Assembly: GCA_030390025.1 (NCBI GenBank)
Contig: CM059432.1
Coordinates: 8,246,001 to 8,310,000 of the forward strand
Length of the DNA: 64,000 nucleotides
From: Squalus acanthias
Lineage: Eukaryota
Direction: 5' to 3'
The notes under the pieces are model-generated. The model did not search any database. It was not told the origin of the DNA and saw only the letters and a list, made by a program, of their open reading frames with translations. Position 1 is the first letter of the stretch; every line of letters starts with the position of its first letter. Both the position numbers and the translations under genes were made by a program. Shown here one piece after another: positions 11,374 to 22,770 of the stretch.

Positions 11374-11700
11374 TTTCTCTTTATTTACTCTATCTAAACC
11401 CTTCATGATTTTAAATACCTCTATCAAATCTCCTCTTAGCCTTTTCTGCTCTAAGGTGAACAACAAAAGCACAGAAAATCTGCTTAAAACATGCTGTGAT
11501 TAAGAACATAAGAACATAAGAAATAAGAGCAGGAGTAGGCCAATCGGCCCTTCGAGCCTGCTCCGCCATTCAATAAGATCATGGCTGATCTGATCCTAAC
11601 CTCAAATCTAAAGAACACAAGAAGTAGGAGCAGGACCAGGCCACTCGGCCCCTGGGCCCGCTCCGCCACCCACAGGGCCTTGACCGATCCGAACTCAGCC

Positions 11701-14652
11701 TCATGTCCAATTTCCTGCCCGCTCCCCGTAACCCCTAATTCCCTTTACTTCTAGGAAACTGTCTATTTCTGTTTTAAATTTATTTAATGATGTAGCTTCC
11801 ACAGCTTCCTGGGGCAGCAAATTCCACAGACCTACTACCCTCTGAGTGAAGAAGTTTCTCCTCATCTCAGTTTTGAAAGAGCAGCCCCTTATTCTAAGAT
11901 TATGCCCCCTAGTTCTAGTTTCACCCATCCTTGGGAACATCCTTACCGCATCCACCCGATCAAGCCCCTTCACAATCTTATATGTTTCAATAAGATCGCC
12001 TCTCATTCATCTGAACTCCAATGAGTAGAGTCCCAATCTACTCAACCTCTCCTCATATGTCCACCCCCTCATCCCCGGGATTAACTGAGTGAACCTTCTT
12101 TGTACTGCCTCGAGAGCAAGTATGTCTTTTCTTAAGTATGGACACCAAAACTGTATGCAGTATTCCAGATGCGGTCTCACCAATACCTTATATAACTGCA
12201 GCAATACCTCCCTGTTTTTATAATCTATCCCCCTAGCAATAAAAGCCAACATTCCGTTGGCCTTCTTGATCACCTGCTGCACCTGCATACTAACTTTTTG
12301 ATTTTCTTGCACTATGACCCCCAGATCCCTTTGTACTGCAGTACTTTCCAGTTTCTCGCCATTAAGATAATAACTTGCTCTCTGATTTTTCCTGCCAAAG
12401 TGCATAACCTCACATTTTCCAATATTGTATTGCATCTGCCAAATCTCTGCCCACTCACCCAGCTTGTCTATATCCCCTTGTAGGTTTTTTATGTCCTCCT
12501 CACTTTCTACTTTCCCTCCCATCTTTGTATCATCTGCAAACTTTGATATGTTACACTCGGTCCCCTCCTCCAAATCGTTAATATAGATTGTAAAGAGTTG
12601 GGGACCCAGCACCGACCCCTGCGGAACACCACTGGCTGCTGGTTGCCAGTCCGAGAATGAACCATTTATCCCAACTCTCTGCTTCCTGTTAGATAACCAA
12701 TCCTCCACCCATGCCAGAATATTCCCCCCAATCCAGTGATTTTTTATCTTGAGCAATAATCTTTTATGTGGCACCTTGTCGAATGCCTTCTGGAAGTCTA
12801 AATACACTACGTCCATTGGTTCCCCTTTATCCACCCTGTACGTTATGTCCTCAAAGAACTCAAGCAAATTTGTCAGACATGATTTCCCCTTCATAAAGCC
12901 ATGCTGACTTTGTCCCATCAAATTATGTTTATCTAAATGTTCCGTTACTGTCTTCTTAATAATAGACTCCAAAATTTTACCCACCACAGATGTTAGACTA
13001 ACTGGTCTATAATTTTCAGCTTTCTGCCTACTACCCTTTTTAAATAAGGGTGTTACATTAGCAGTTTTCCAATCTGCCGGGACCTTTGCTGATTCCAGGG
13101 AATTTTGGAAAATTATTACCAAAGCATCCACAATCTCTATTGCCACTTCCCTCAAGACCCTAGGATGTAAGCCATCAGGTCCAGGGGATTTATCCGCCTT
13201 GAGTCCCATTATTTTACTGAGTACCAATTCCTTAGTGATTTTAATCGTATTTAGCTCCTCCCCCACTAGAGCCCCCTGTTTGTCCAGTGTTGGGATATTC
13301 TTAGTGTCCTCTACCGTAAAGACTGAAACAAAATATTTGTTCAGCATTTTTGCCATCTCCATGTTTCCCACCATTAATTTCCCAGTCTCATCCTCTAAGG
13401 GACCTACGTTTGCCTTAGCCACCCTTTTTCTTTTTATATAACTATAGAAACTCTTGCTATCTGTTTTTATATTTTTTGCTAATTTATTTTCATAATCTAT
13501 CTTCCCTTTGTTAATCAATCCTTTAGTTACTTTTTGCTGTCTTTTGAAGACTTCCCAATCTTCTATCCTCCCACTAAGTTTGGCTACCTTATATGTCCTT
13601 GTTTTTAGTTGGATACTATCCTTAATTTCTTTACTTAGCCACGGATGGCTGTCATTTCTTTTACACCCTTTTTTCCTCAGTGGAATATATATTTTTTGAA
13701 AGTTGTAAAATAACTCCTTAAATGAACACCACTGCTCATGTACTGTCTTACCCTTTAATCTATTTTCCCAGTCCACTTTAATCAATTCCGCTCTCATACC
13801 ATCATAGTCTCCTTTATTCAAGCTCAGTACGCTTGTCTGAGAACCAACCTTCTCACCCTCTAATTGGATATGGAATTCAACCATGTTATGGTCACTCATT
13901 CCAAGGGGATCCTTAACTAGGACATTATTAATTAATCCTGACTCATTACACAGGACCAGGTCCAAGGTTGCTTGCCCCCTTGTAGGATCAGTTACATACT
14001 GCTCAAGAAATCCATCCCTAATACACTCAATAAACTCTTCCTCAAGGCTGCCCTGCCCAATTTGATTTGTCCAGTTAATATGATAGTTAAAATCCCCCAT
14101 AATTATAGCTGTTCCCTTATTACATGCCCCAACTATTTCCTGATTAATACTTCTTCCAGCAGAGTTGCAACTATTAGGAGGCCTATATACGACTCCCACT
14201 AGTGTTTTTTTCCTTTTATTATTCCTTATCTCCACCCAAACTGTTTCATTATCCTGATCCTTTGACCCAATATAATTTCTCTGTAATTCAGTGATTCCTT
14301 CCTTTATTAACATAACTACCCCACCTCCTCTTCCTTCCTGTCTGTCCTTCCTGATTGTTAAATACCCTGGCATATTTAATTCCCAGTCATTGTCACCCTG
14401 CAGCCATGTTTCTGTAATGGCCACAAGATCATACCCATACGTAGTTGTTTGTACCGTCAATTCGTCTATTTTGTTATGAATGCTGCGTGCATTCAGATAA
14501 AGAACTTTTAAATATGTTTTGTGACAATTTATTCCTGCTTTTACCCCCTTTACTACTTTACCTTTATCTTTATATATTCTGTCCCTTCCTGACACGCTCT
14601 GGTTTTTAATTACCCCACTGCTACTTTGGTCTATTGCCTTCTCCGCTGACAT
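11701..14652 (-). pseudogene. CR1 ORF2 (APE endonuclease + reverse transcriptase), single premature stop at 12007-12009
   Basis: YLNARS, TETW, YRPP, GDFN, SDH; GVPQGSVLGP, FADD; reads FR*MRGDL where other copies read FRRMRGDL. Confidence 0.95.
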
Positions 14653-14690
14653 TTTTATTCTTTGCTCTCTTGAAACCTCCCCCCCACTAA

Positions 14691-15647
14691 TTAGTTTAAA
14701 GCCCTCTCTACAGCCCTAGTTATTCGATTCGCCAGGACTCTAGTCCCAGCACTGGCCAAGTGAAGTCCGTCCCAACGGAACAGCTCTCTCCTGTCCCAGT
14801 ACTGGTGCCAGTGTCCCAGGTAGCAAAACCCATTTCTCCTACACCAGTCTTTGAGCCACGCATTTAACCCTCTGATTTTATTTACCCTAGCCAAATTTGC
14901 TCGTGGCTCAGGTAGTAATCCAGAGATTACTACCCTAGAGGTTCTGTTTTTTAATTTGGCCCCTAGCTGCTCATACTCCCTCAGCAGAACCTCATTCCTT
15001 GTCCTATCTATGTCATTGGTACCAACATGGACCACGACAACTGGATCTTCCCCCTCCCACTCCAAGTTTCTCTCCAGCCCAGAGGAGATGTCCTTAACCC
15101 TGGCACCGGGCAGGCAACATAGCCTTCGGGACTCTCGCTCTCGGCTGCAAAGAACCCTATCTATCCCCTTAATGATACTATCCCCTACCACTACAACATT
15201 TCTTTTTACTCCCCCCACTTGAATGGCTCCCCGTACCGCAGTGCTGTGGCCAGGTTGCTCATCCTCCCTGCAGTCCCTGCTCCCGTCCTCACAGGGAGTA
15301 AGAGCCTCGAACCTGTTGGACAAGAGCAAGGGCTGCGGCTCCTCCAACACTACCTCCTGGATCCCCGTACCTGCCTCACTCGTAGTCACACCCTCCTGTC
15401 CCTGATCATGGGCTACATCTGAATTAGTTAATCTAATTGGTGTGACTACCTCCTGGAACACAGAGTCCAGGTAACTCTCCCCCTCCCTGATGTGTCGCAG
15501 TGTTTGAAGCTCGGACTCCAGCTCATCAACACGGAGCCGGAGTTCCTCGAGCAGCCAACACTTACTGCAAATGTGATCACCGTGAACATCAATGGTGTCC
15601 TCCAGCTCCCACATATTGCAGCAGTAACACATCACCTGCTCTCCCAT
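14691..15647 (-). CDS. CR1 ORF1: Cys motif, coiled coil and SGNH/GDSL esterase domain (318 aa, open)
   Basis: CYCC..CSKC, LEELRLRVDELESEL heptads, VGDS, GTND, DGLH. Confidence 0.92.
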   Translation of the reverse strand: MGEQVMCYCCNMWELEDTIDVHGDHICSKCWLLEELRLRVDELESELQTLRHIREGESYLDSVFQEVVTPIRLTNSDVAHDQGQEGVTTSEAGTGIQEVVLEEPQPLLLSNRFEALTPCEDGSRDCREDEQPGHSTAVRGAIQVGGVKRNVVVVGDSIIKGIDRVLCSRERESRRLCCLPGARVKDISSGLERNLEWEGEDPVVVVHVGTNDIDRTRNEVLLREYEQLGAKLKNRTSRVVISGLLPEPRANLARVNKIRGLNAWLKDWCRRNGFCYLGHWHQYWDRRELFRWDGLHLASAGTRVLANRITRAVERALN

Positions 15648-15716
15648 TCTATGTAATTAATTAAATTTATTATTATTTACCCTTTAATTAATTTAAATTA
15701 AAACAATACACTTCTG

Positions 15717-15793
15717 TGACAGTTTGATCTGAGTCTCCTCACTCCGTCCTGACAGTTTGATCTGAGTCTCCTCACTCTGTCCTGTGGCAGTTT
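15717..15793. repeat. 33-bp tandem repeat (2 copies plus partial) in the CR1 5' UTR
   Basis: TGACAGTTTGATCTGAGTCTCCTCACTCYGTCC at 15717 and 15750. Confidence 0.9.
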
Positions 15794-16113
15794 ATGATTG
15801 TTATGAAAATGTGTTGAAGCATGTGAAAGGATCGTGCAATGGTATCCCCTTTAGTATTTACAGTCTGTTGAAATACTAGGATCAAAATATAGTTGAAGTA
15901 CCAATTGGATTATGTCTCACTCACCCCAATATTGTTTTCTTCAATATTTTCGCACATTGATTTCTTCAACACGCATCACTAATGCGATATGACATGGGAA
16001 ACACTGAGGTATAATGCTAACATATATGTCTGATGAATCGAATAGCCTTCTACTATGCCTGACAAACTAGTCAACGAGCTTTATTCCTTATGCAATGAAT
16101 GAATATCTGTATA

Positions 16114-16820
16114 TCCTGGGGGTATGTGTGCACAAATTGTTGAAAGTGACAAGGCAGGTTGAGAAAGCAGTTAAAAAGGCTTACGGGATCCTGGGCTTCA
16201 TAACTAGAGGTATAGAGTACAAAAGTGTGGAAGTTATGATGAACCTTTATAAAAACACTGATTCGGCTCCAACTGGAGTATTGTGTCCAATTCTGGGCAC
16301 CGCACTTTAGGAAGGATGTGTAGGCCTTAGAGAGGGTGCAGAAAAGAGTTACAAGAATGATTCCAGGAATGAGGGACTTCAGTTACGTTGATAGACTGGA
16401 GAAGCTGGGGTTGTTCTCCTTGGAGCAGAGAAGGTTGAGAGGAGATTTGATAGAGGTGTTCAAAATCATGAGGGGTCTAGACAGAGTAGAGAGAGAGAAA
16501 CTGTTCCCATTGGCAGAAGGGTCGAGAACCAGAGGACACAGATTTAAGGTGATTGGCAAAAGGACCAAAGGCGACGTAAGAAAAAACTTTTTTATGCAGC
16601 GAGTGGTTAGGATCTAGAATGCACTGCCTGAAAGGGTGGTGGAGGCAGATTCAATCACAGCTTTCAAAAGGGAGTTGGATAAGTACCTGAAAGAAAAACA
16701 TTTGCAGGGCTACAGGGAAAGGGCGGGGGAATGGGACTAGCTGAAGTGCTCATGCAGAGAGCCGGCACGGGCTCGACGGGCCGAATGGCCTTCTTCCGTG
16801 CTGTAACCATTCTATGATCC
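16114..16820 (+). mobile_element. CR1 LINE 3' fragment
   Basis: RT C-terminal peptides; close to 47210-47825. Confidence 0.9.
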
Positions 16821-17767
16821 ATTGGACCAATGAAAGACATACTCTAAATATCGCATGCCGAACGTTTTGAACTAACAGTAATGCTACATAATCCAGGTGT
16901 TTACAAAAGGACACCGTCATGGCACAGAAATGCAAAATGTATTATCGTTAGTTTATTCCTGTCTTTGTTAGGATCCAAATTCCTGTAAAACTCTAAAATC
17001 AAGCTTTTGGTCACCTGTCCTAATATCTCCTTACATGGCTCAGGTGTGAAGTTTTGTCTGATAATCGCTCCTGTGCCGTGCCCTTGGAAACTTTTACTAC
17101 GTTAAAGGCGCTATATAAATGCAAGGTGTTGCTGTTGTAGAACTCAGAATGCACAATCTCCTGGAATGGGCTGTTTGGCCCTTACTGTAGCTTTTATCAA
17201 TCATCATTTTGTATCTTCTATCTCTTCCCTTGGAGAACAGCGTGAAGTAGTGGAATGATTCACAGTCGCAACGTGAATGATCCTTCCATGACCGTAACCA
17301 CCTTTATCCCAGCCGATAGGGTGGTTAGTCCTATACAGCGGGATGGTTTGATGGGCTCCCACAACCTGTATGATGAGGGGCGGGGGGCCACCCACACCCA
17401 CCAACCAACCAACCGGATGCGAGCATCCCGCTGGATGTCAACCCAGAATTCAGAGTCGGAGCTCTGACTCCACTCGCTGGGACTGTCTGAGAGTGGGTGT
17501 TTGAACCCCGCGCCTTCTCACTCAGAGGTGGGAATGCTGCCACTGCGCCAAAGGCTCACTCCTGCAGCTTTACCTCACGCATTTGTTTATGTTAACGTTA
17601 CTTGCTGTCAGTGCCTCGTTTACTTGTGCACAGTTATATGCTGATTATTAACTCCTTGGTGCCATAACTCCAGCTGTAGGTTGGTTTGATCATCAAGGGG
17701 GGGGGGGAGCAAAAAAAAAAAGATGAGACTGAAAGCTACTGGATTGTCTGGAAAAACTAGTCATCCC

Positions 17768-18168
17768 CTCCAGAGACTTGAGCACAAAATCTAGGCTGAC
17801 ACTCCCAGTGCAGTGCTGAGGGAGTGCTGCACCGTCGGAGGTGCCGTCTTTCGGATGAGACGTTAAACCGAGGCCCCGTCTGCCCCCTCAGGTGGACGTA
17901 AAAGATCCCATGGCACTATTTCAAAGAAGAGCAGGGGAGTTATCCCCGGTCTCCTGGCCAAAATTTATCCCTCAATCAACATAACAAAAACAGATTATCT
18001 GGTCATTATCACATGGCTGTTTGTGGGAGCTTGCTGTGCGCAAATTGGCTGCTGCGTTTCCTACATTACAACAGTGACTACACTTCAAAAAGTACTTAAT
18101 TGGCTGTAAAGCGCTTTGGGACGTCCTGAGGTCGTGAATGACGCTGTAGAAATGCAAGTCTTTCTTTT
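17768..18168 (+). mobile_element. Deu-domain SINE (SacSINE1/AmnSINE1-related), 5'-truncated
   Basis: GGTGCCGTCTTTCGGATGAGACGTTAAACCGAGGCCCC..GTAAAAGATCCCATGGCACTATT core; L2-like tail. Confidence 0.85.
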
Positions 18169-18805
18169 TAGGCTGGTTTACATGTGAATCTAGTTCCAAA
18201 CTAGATACGTAGATGATTCTTAATAGCCACTGAAGGGTCTAGTAGGCCATACAGTTGCCATTCCCAAGGACAAATGTCAAAAAAAATGTATATAAAGTAG
18301 AACAATGTGAGCTGACACACTTCAGAAGTTAGAAGAGGGAAAGGAAACACGTCTCAAATGGTAAGAGTCCAAATGGAGCAAAAAGACCTTGGTGTACAGA
18401 TAGACAAAAGGCAGCAATACAATCAGTTAAGGCCATAAACAGAATCACTGCCTTTGTATCTATAGACATAGAATACAAAAGCAAGGTGATAATGGACAAG
18501 AGCTTACTTAGGCCGCAGTTAGAATATAGGTCCGTAATTTGCGGTCAGCGGCGAAGCAGCAATGTTGTTCACCCCTGGCCCCGAAGTAAGCTTCCCACAG
18601 AGATCTCGCCATCTCTGTGGCGAGAAGTTCGGCTTTTCTGGCGCTCAGTTCACTTCACACTGTCCTGTGTCCGCCCATTTCACCAGTCTGTCTATGTCCT
18701 CCTGAAGTCTGCTGCTCTCCACCTCACCATTTACCAAATTTCATAGTTTTGTATCATCCGCAAACTTGGAAATCATGCCCTGTATACCGAAATCCAGGTC
18801 ATTAA

Positions 18806-19300
18806 TCCCACTCTGACCTCTCTGTCCTCGGCCTCCTCCACTGTTCCAACGAAGCTCAACGTAAGCTCGAGGAACAGCACCTCATCTTTCGATTAGGCAC
18901 TTTACAGCCTTCCGGACTCAACATCGAGTTCAACAATTTCAGACCAGAACCTCTGCCCCTATTTTTTCACATGGCAGCTGTTGATTCTGCCATTCCCATT
19001 TACACCTCTTCTAGACTTATCTTTTGTTTCTTTACTAGTCCCATTACCATCTCCTTTTGCTTTGTACTATCATACCTTTTGTCATTCAATCTCTCCCGCC
19101 TTCCATCCTATCACAGACCTTCCCCTTTTGTTCTTTCCTCCCCTCCCCCCTTTCCTTGCCTCTGCATTTGCTTAAAATCTGTTACATCTCTAACTTTTTC
19201 CAGTTCTGACAAAAGATCATCGACCTGAAACTCTGTTTCTCTCTCCACAGATGCTGCCTGACCTGCTGAGTATTTCCAGCATTTCCTGTTTTTATTTCAT
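18806..19300 (+). mobile_element. PLE family 2, 3' fragment (GIY-YIG C-terminus, 3' UTR, decayed hammerhead at ~19203-19231)
   Basis: Translates HSDLSVLGLLHCSNEAQRKLEEQHLIFRLGTLQPSGLNIEFNNF. Confidence 0.85.
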
Positions 19301-19301
19301 T

Positions 19302-19790
19302 AATCCCCAAAGCCTTTCCACCATCTACAAGGCACAAGTCAGGAGTGTGATGGAATACTCTCCACTTGCCTGGATGAATGCAGCTCCAACAATACTCAAG
19401 AAGCTCGACACCGCCCAAGTGATTGGCACCCCATCCACCATCTTAAACATTCACTCCCTCCACCACCGGCGCACCATGGCTGTAGGGTGCACCATCTACA
19501 AGATGCACTGCAGCAACTCGCCAAGGCTTCTAAACAGCACCTCCCAAACCCGCGACCTCTACCAGCTAGAAGGACAAGGGCAGCAGGCGCATGGGAACAC
19601 CACCACCTCCAAGTTTCCCTCAAGTCACACACCATCCTGACTTGGAAATATATCGCCGATCCTTCATCGTCGGACTGCAGCTGTTCAAGAAGGCGGCTCA
19701 CCACCACCTTCTCAAGGGCAATTAGGGATGGGCAGTAAATGCTGGCCTTGCCAGTGATGCCCACATCCCATTAACGAATAAAAAAATATA
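19302..19790 (+). mobile_element. Second CR1-group LINE family, 3' fragment
   Basis: YKAQVRSVMEYSPLAW; same tail as 3585-4130. Confidence 0.88.
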
Positions 19791-19802
19791 TATATCAAAA
19801 AG

Positions 19803-19905
19803 AAATAAAAACAGAAAATGCTGGAAATACTCAGCAGGTCAGGCAGCATCTGTAGTGAGTGAAACAGAGTTAACGTTTCAGGTCGATGACCTTACGTCAG
19901 AACAG
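19803..19905 (-). mobile_element. PLE family 2 terminal repeat with hammerhead-like motif
   Basis: Minus strand GUU-CUGACGU-A-AGGUC(AUC)GACCU-GAAA-CG-U-U-AAC (one core change); further copies ~20515-20625, 43383-43425. Confidence 0.75.
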
Positions 19906-20649
19906 AGCTATGTCAAAAAGAGCTATGGTCCTAATACCAACCCTTGTGGGACACCACTGTATACTTCCCTCCAATTAGACAAAAGCAACTATTCAACGCT
20001 ATTCTCTTGTTATCTGTCCCTTAGCCAATTGTGTATCCATGCTGGCACTGCCCATTCAATCCCACAGACATGAATAGCATCAGCTCACTAATGTAAGCCA
20101 TGCCTGTAGCCTCCATTAAGACCACCTAGACAACCACCACTGCAGTCACAATGTAGACTGAAGCAATTTACAGTTCATTAAGGGTATCTGCAGATGACAT
20201 GGGTGTCCTTTGCATTTGCTGAACCTTTCACCTTCCACTGTTAGCTATAACTCGCTAGTATTTTGTTTACACCACCCATCATTAGTACAATTAGAAAAAA
20301 AGTAATAGGCCATTATACTAAGTAGGGCTTACACATCTGATTTTTTTAAGGATCGTTTTTCTCAGTGACCACTTTGCAAACCTAGTGTTTTGAATGACCA
20401 GTTTTTTTTTAACAGTTCCAAAATCCACCTTTTATTTAAGGCCTTACTGAGCAGCTGAAGGCAATGGATTGTGTGTGCGAGTGCTGGGAGACAATAAAGG
20501 CTGCTTACTACGATAGCAAAATACTGCGGATGCTGGAAATCCGAAATAACAACAGAAAACGCTGGAAAAACTCAGCAGGCCAGGCAGCATCCGTGGAGAG
20601 AGAAACAGAGTTAACGTTTCAGGTCTTACTATCTGTTTTTCTCTCTCAA

Positions 20650-21197
20650 CACTCCATTTTATTCCAATGCTCTCCTCACCGGCCTTCCAACTCGCACCCT
20701 CCGTAAACTTCAGCTCATCTAAAGCTCTGCTGCCCGTGTCCTAAGTGGCACCAAGTCCTGTTCATCCATCACCCCTGCGCTCGCTGACCTACATGAGCTC
20801 CCGGTCCAGCAATGCCTCGATTTTAAAATTAGCATCCTCGTATTCAACTCCCTCAGTCAACTCGCCCCTCCCTATCTCTGTAACCTCCTCCGGCCCTCTG
20901 AGATCTCTGCGCTCCTCCAATTCTGGCCTCTTGCGCATCCCCGATTTTCATCGCTCCACCATTGGCGGCCGTGCCTTCAACTGCCAAGCCCCTAAGCTCT
21001 GGAATTCCCTCCCTAAACCTCTCCGCCTCTCTACCTCTCTTTCATCCCTTAAGACGCTTTTTAAAACTTACTTCACCTGTCCTAATATCTCCTTATGTGG
21101 CTCGGTGTCAAATTCTGTTTGATAACGCGCCTGTGAAGCGCCTTGGGACGTTTTACTGCGTTAAAGGTGCTATATAAAGGCAAGTTGTTGTTGTTGT
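20650..21197 (+). mobile_element. L2-like LINE 3' fragment
   Basis: ITP.LADLH.LPV..FK-type C-terminus, (TTG)n tail; other copies 17000-17140, 43703-44170 (minus), 55880-56250. Confidence 0.8.
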
Positions 21198-21467
21198 AAG
21201 GCTTAATCTATGAATTTCTCTTGGGGCTTAGGCTGAGACAGGGTAATTTGTTTGCGTGTGGGAACTTTAAATCTACGGTGCGCTTGCTGAAGCTTATGGG
21301 TACAGGACTAGCAACCCAGAGATAGCGAGCTGAAATACCGCCATAGCAAGTCGTGAAATTGAATTCCATAAATTTGAAACATTTGTGGGTCAGCTCCAGA
21401 AAATGACCATCAAAGCTGCCGGATTGTCATAAAAACCCACCTGGTTCACTAAAGTCCTTCATGGCTA

Positions 21468-22215
21468 GTGTCAGCTGTGGCTCAGTGGGTAGCACTTCTC
21501 CCCTCGGAGTCAAGAAGGTTGTGGGTTCAAGTCCCACTCCAGTGAGACTTGAGCACACAAAACTTAGGCTGACACTCCAGTGCAGTGCTGAGGGAGCTGC
21601 TGCACTGTCAGAGGTGCCGTCTTTTGTATGAGACGTTAAACCAAGGCCCCGTCTGCTCCCTCAGGTGGATGTAAAAGATCCCACGGCCACGATATCAAAG
21701 AAGAGCAGGGGATTTATCCCCAGTGTCCTGACCAATATTTATCCCTTAATCAAAATCATTAAAACAGATTATCTGGTCATTATCACATTGCTGTTTGTGG
21801 GAGCTTGCTGTGTGCAATTTGGCTGCTGTGTTTCCTACATTACAATAGTGATGAAATGAGGAGAATTTCTTCACTCAGAGGGTGGTGAATCTTTGGAATT
21901 CTCTACCCCAGAGGGCTGTGGATGCTCAGTCGTTGAGTACATTCAAGAATGAGATCGATAGATTTTTGGGCACTAAGGGTATAGGACAGGGTGGGAAAGT
22001 GGGAGTTGAGGTAGAAGATCAGCCATGATCTTATTGAATGGCGGAGCAGGCTCGAGGGGCCGAATGGCCTCCTCCTGCTCCTATTTCTTACGTTTTTATG
22101 TTCTGTGCTCAATGCCACATCTCCTCCAATACGACAGCGGCCTTACTTCAAAAGTATTTCATTGGCTGAAAAGCGCTTTGAAACATCCTGAGGTCATGAA
22201 AAACGTTATAGAAAC
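21468..22215 (+). mobile_element. Deu-domain SINE interrupted by a CR1 3' fragment (~21853-22105)
   Basis: tRNA-like head (TGGCTCAGTGG, GGTTCAAGTCC), Deu core, tail resumes after the CR1. Confidence 0.85.
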
Positions 22216-22219
22216 GTTC

Positions 22220-22770
22220 GTTCCTTTTTTCTTGCTCTCTTTTTCTTTCCTTCTTTTTTCTCTTTTTTCTTGCTCTCTTTTTCTCTCCTTCTTTTCTTTT
22301 CCTTTCTTTGTCTTTCCCTCTCTCTTTCTCTTTCTTTCTTTTCTCTTTCTTTCTTCCTTCCTTTCTTTCTTCCTTCCTTCCTTTCTCTCTTTCTTTCTCT
22401 CTTTCTGACTTTCTTTCTTTCTTCCTTCCTTCCTTCCTTCCTTCCTTTCTTTCTCTCTTTCTTTCTCTCTTTCTGTTTTTCTTTCTTTCTTTCTTTCTTT
22501 TTTCCTTCCTTTCTTTCTTCCTTCCTTCCTTTCTTTCTCTCTTTCTTTCTGTCTTTCTTTCTGTCTTTCTTTCTTTCTTTCTTTCTTCCTTCCTTCCTTT
22601 CTTTCTCTCTTTCTTTCTCTCTTTCTTTCTCTCTTTCTGTCTTTCTTTCTGTCTTTCTTTCTTTCTTTCTTCCTTCCTTTCTTTCTTCCTTCCTTCCTTT
22701 CTTTCTCTCTTTCTTTCTCTCTTTCTGTCTTTCTGTCTTTCTCTCTTTCTTTCTCTTTCTTTCTCTATTT
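22220..22770. repeat. Compound polypyrimidine microsatellite (TTTC/TTCC/TCTC)
   Basis: About 550 bp of almost pure C/T. Confidence 0.97.

Larger units (their letters stand above)
11501..15793 (-). mobile_element. Near full-length CR1 LINE
   Basis: ORF1 plus ORF2 (APE endonuclease and RT), 3' stem-loop with (TTCTTATG)n tail, 33-bp tandem repeats at the 5' end. Confidence 0.96.
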
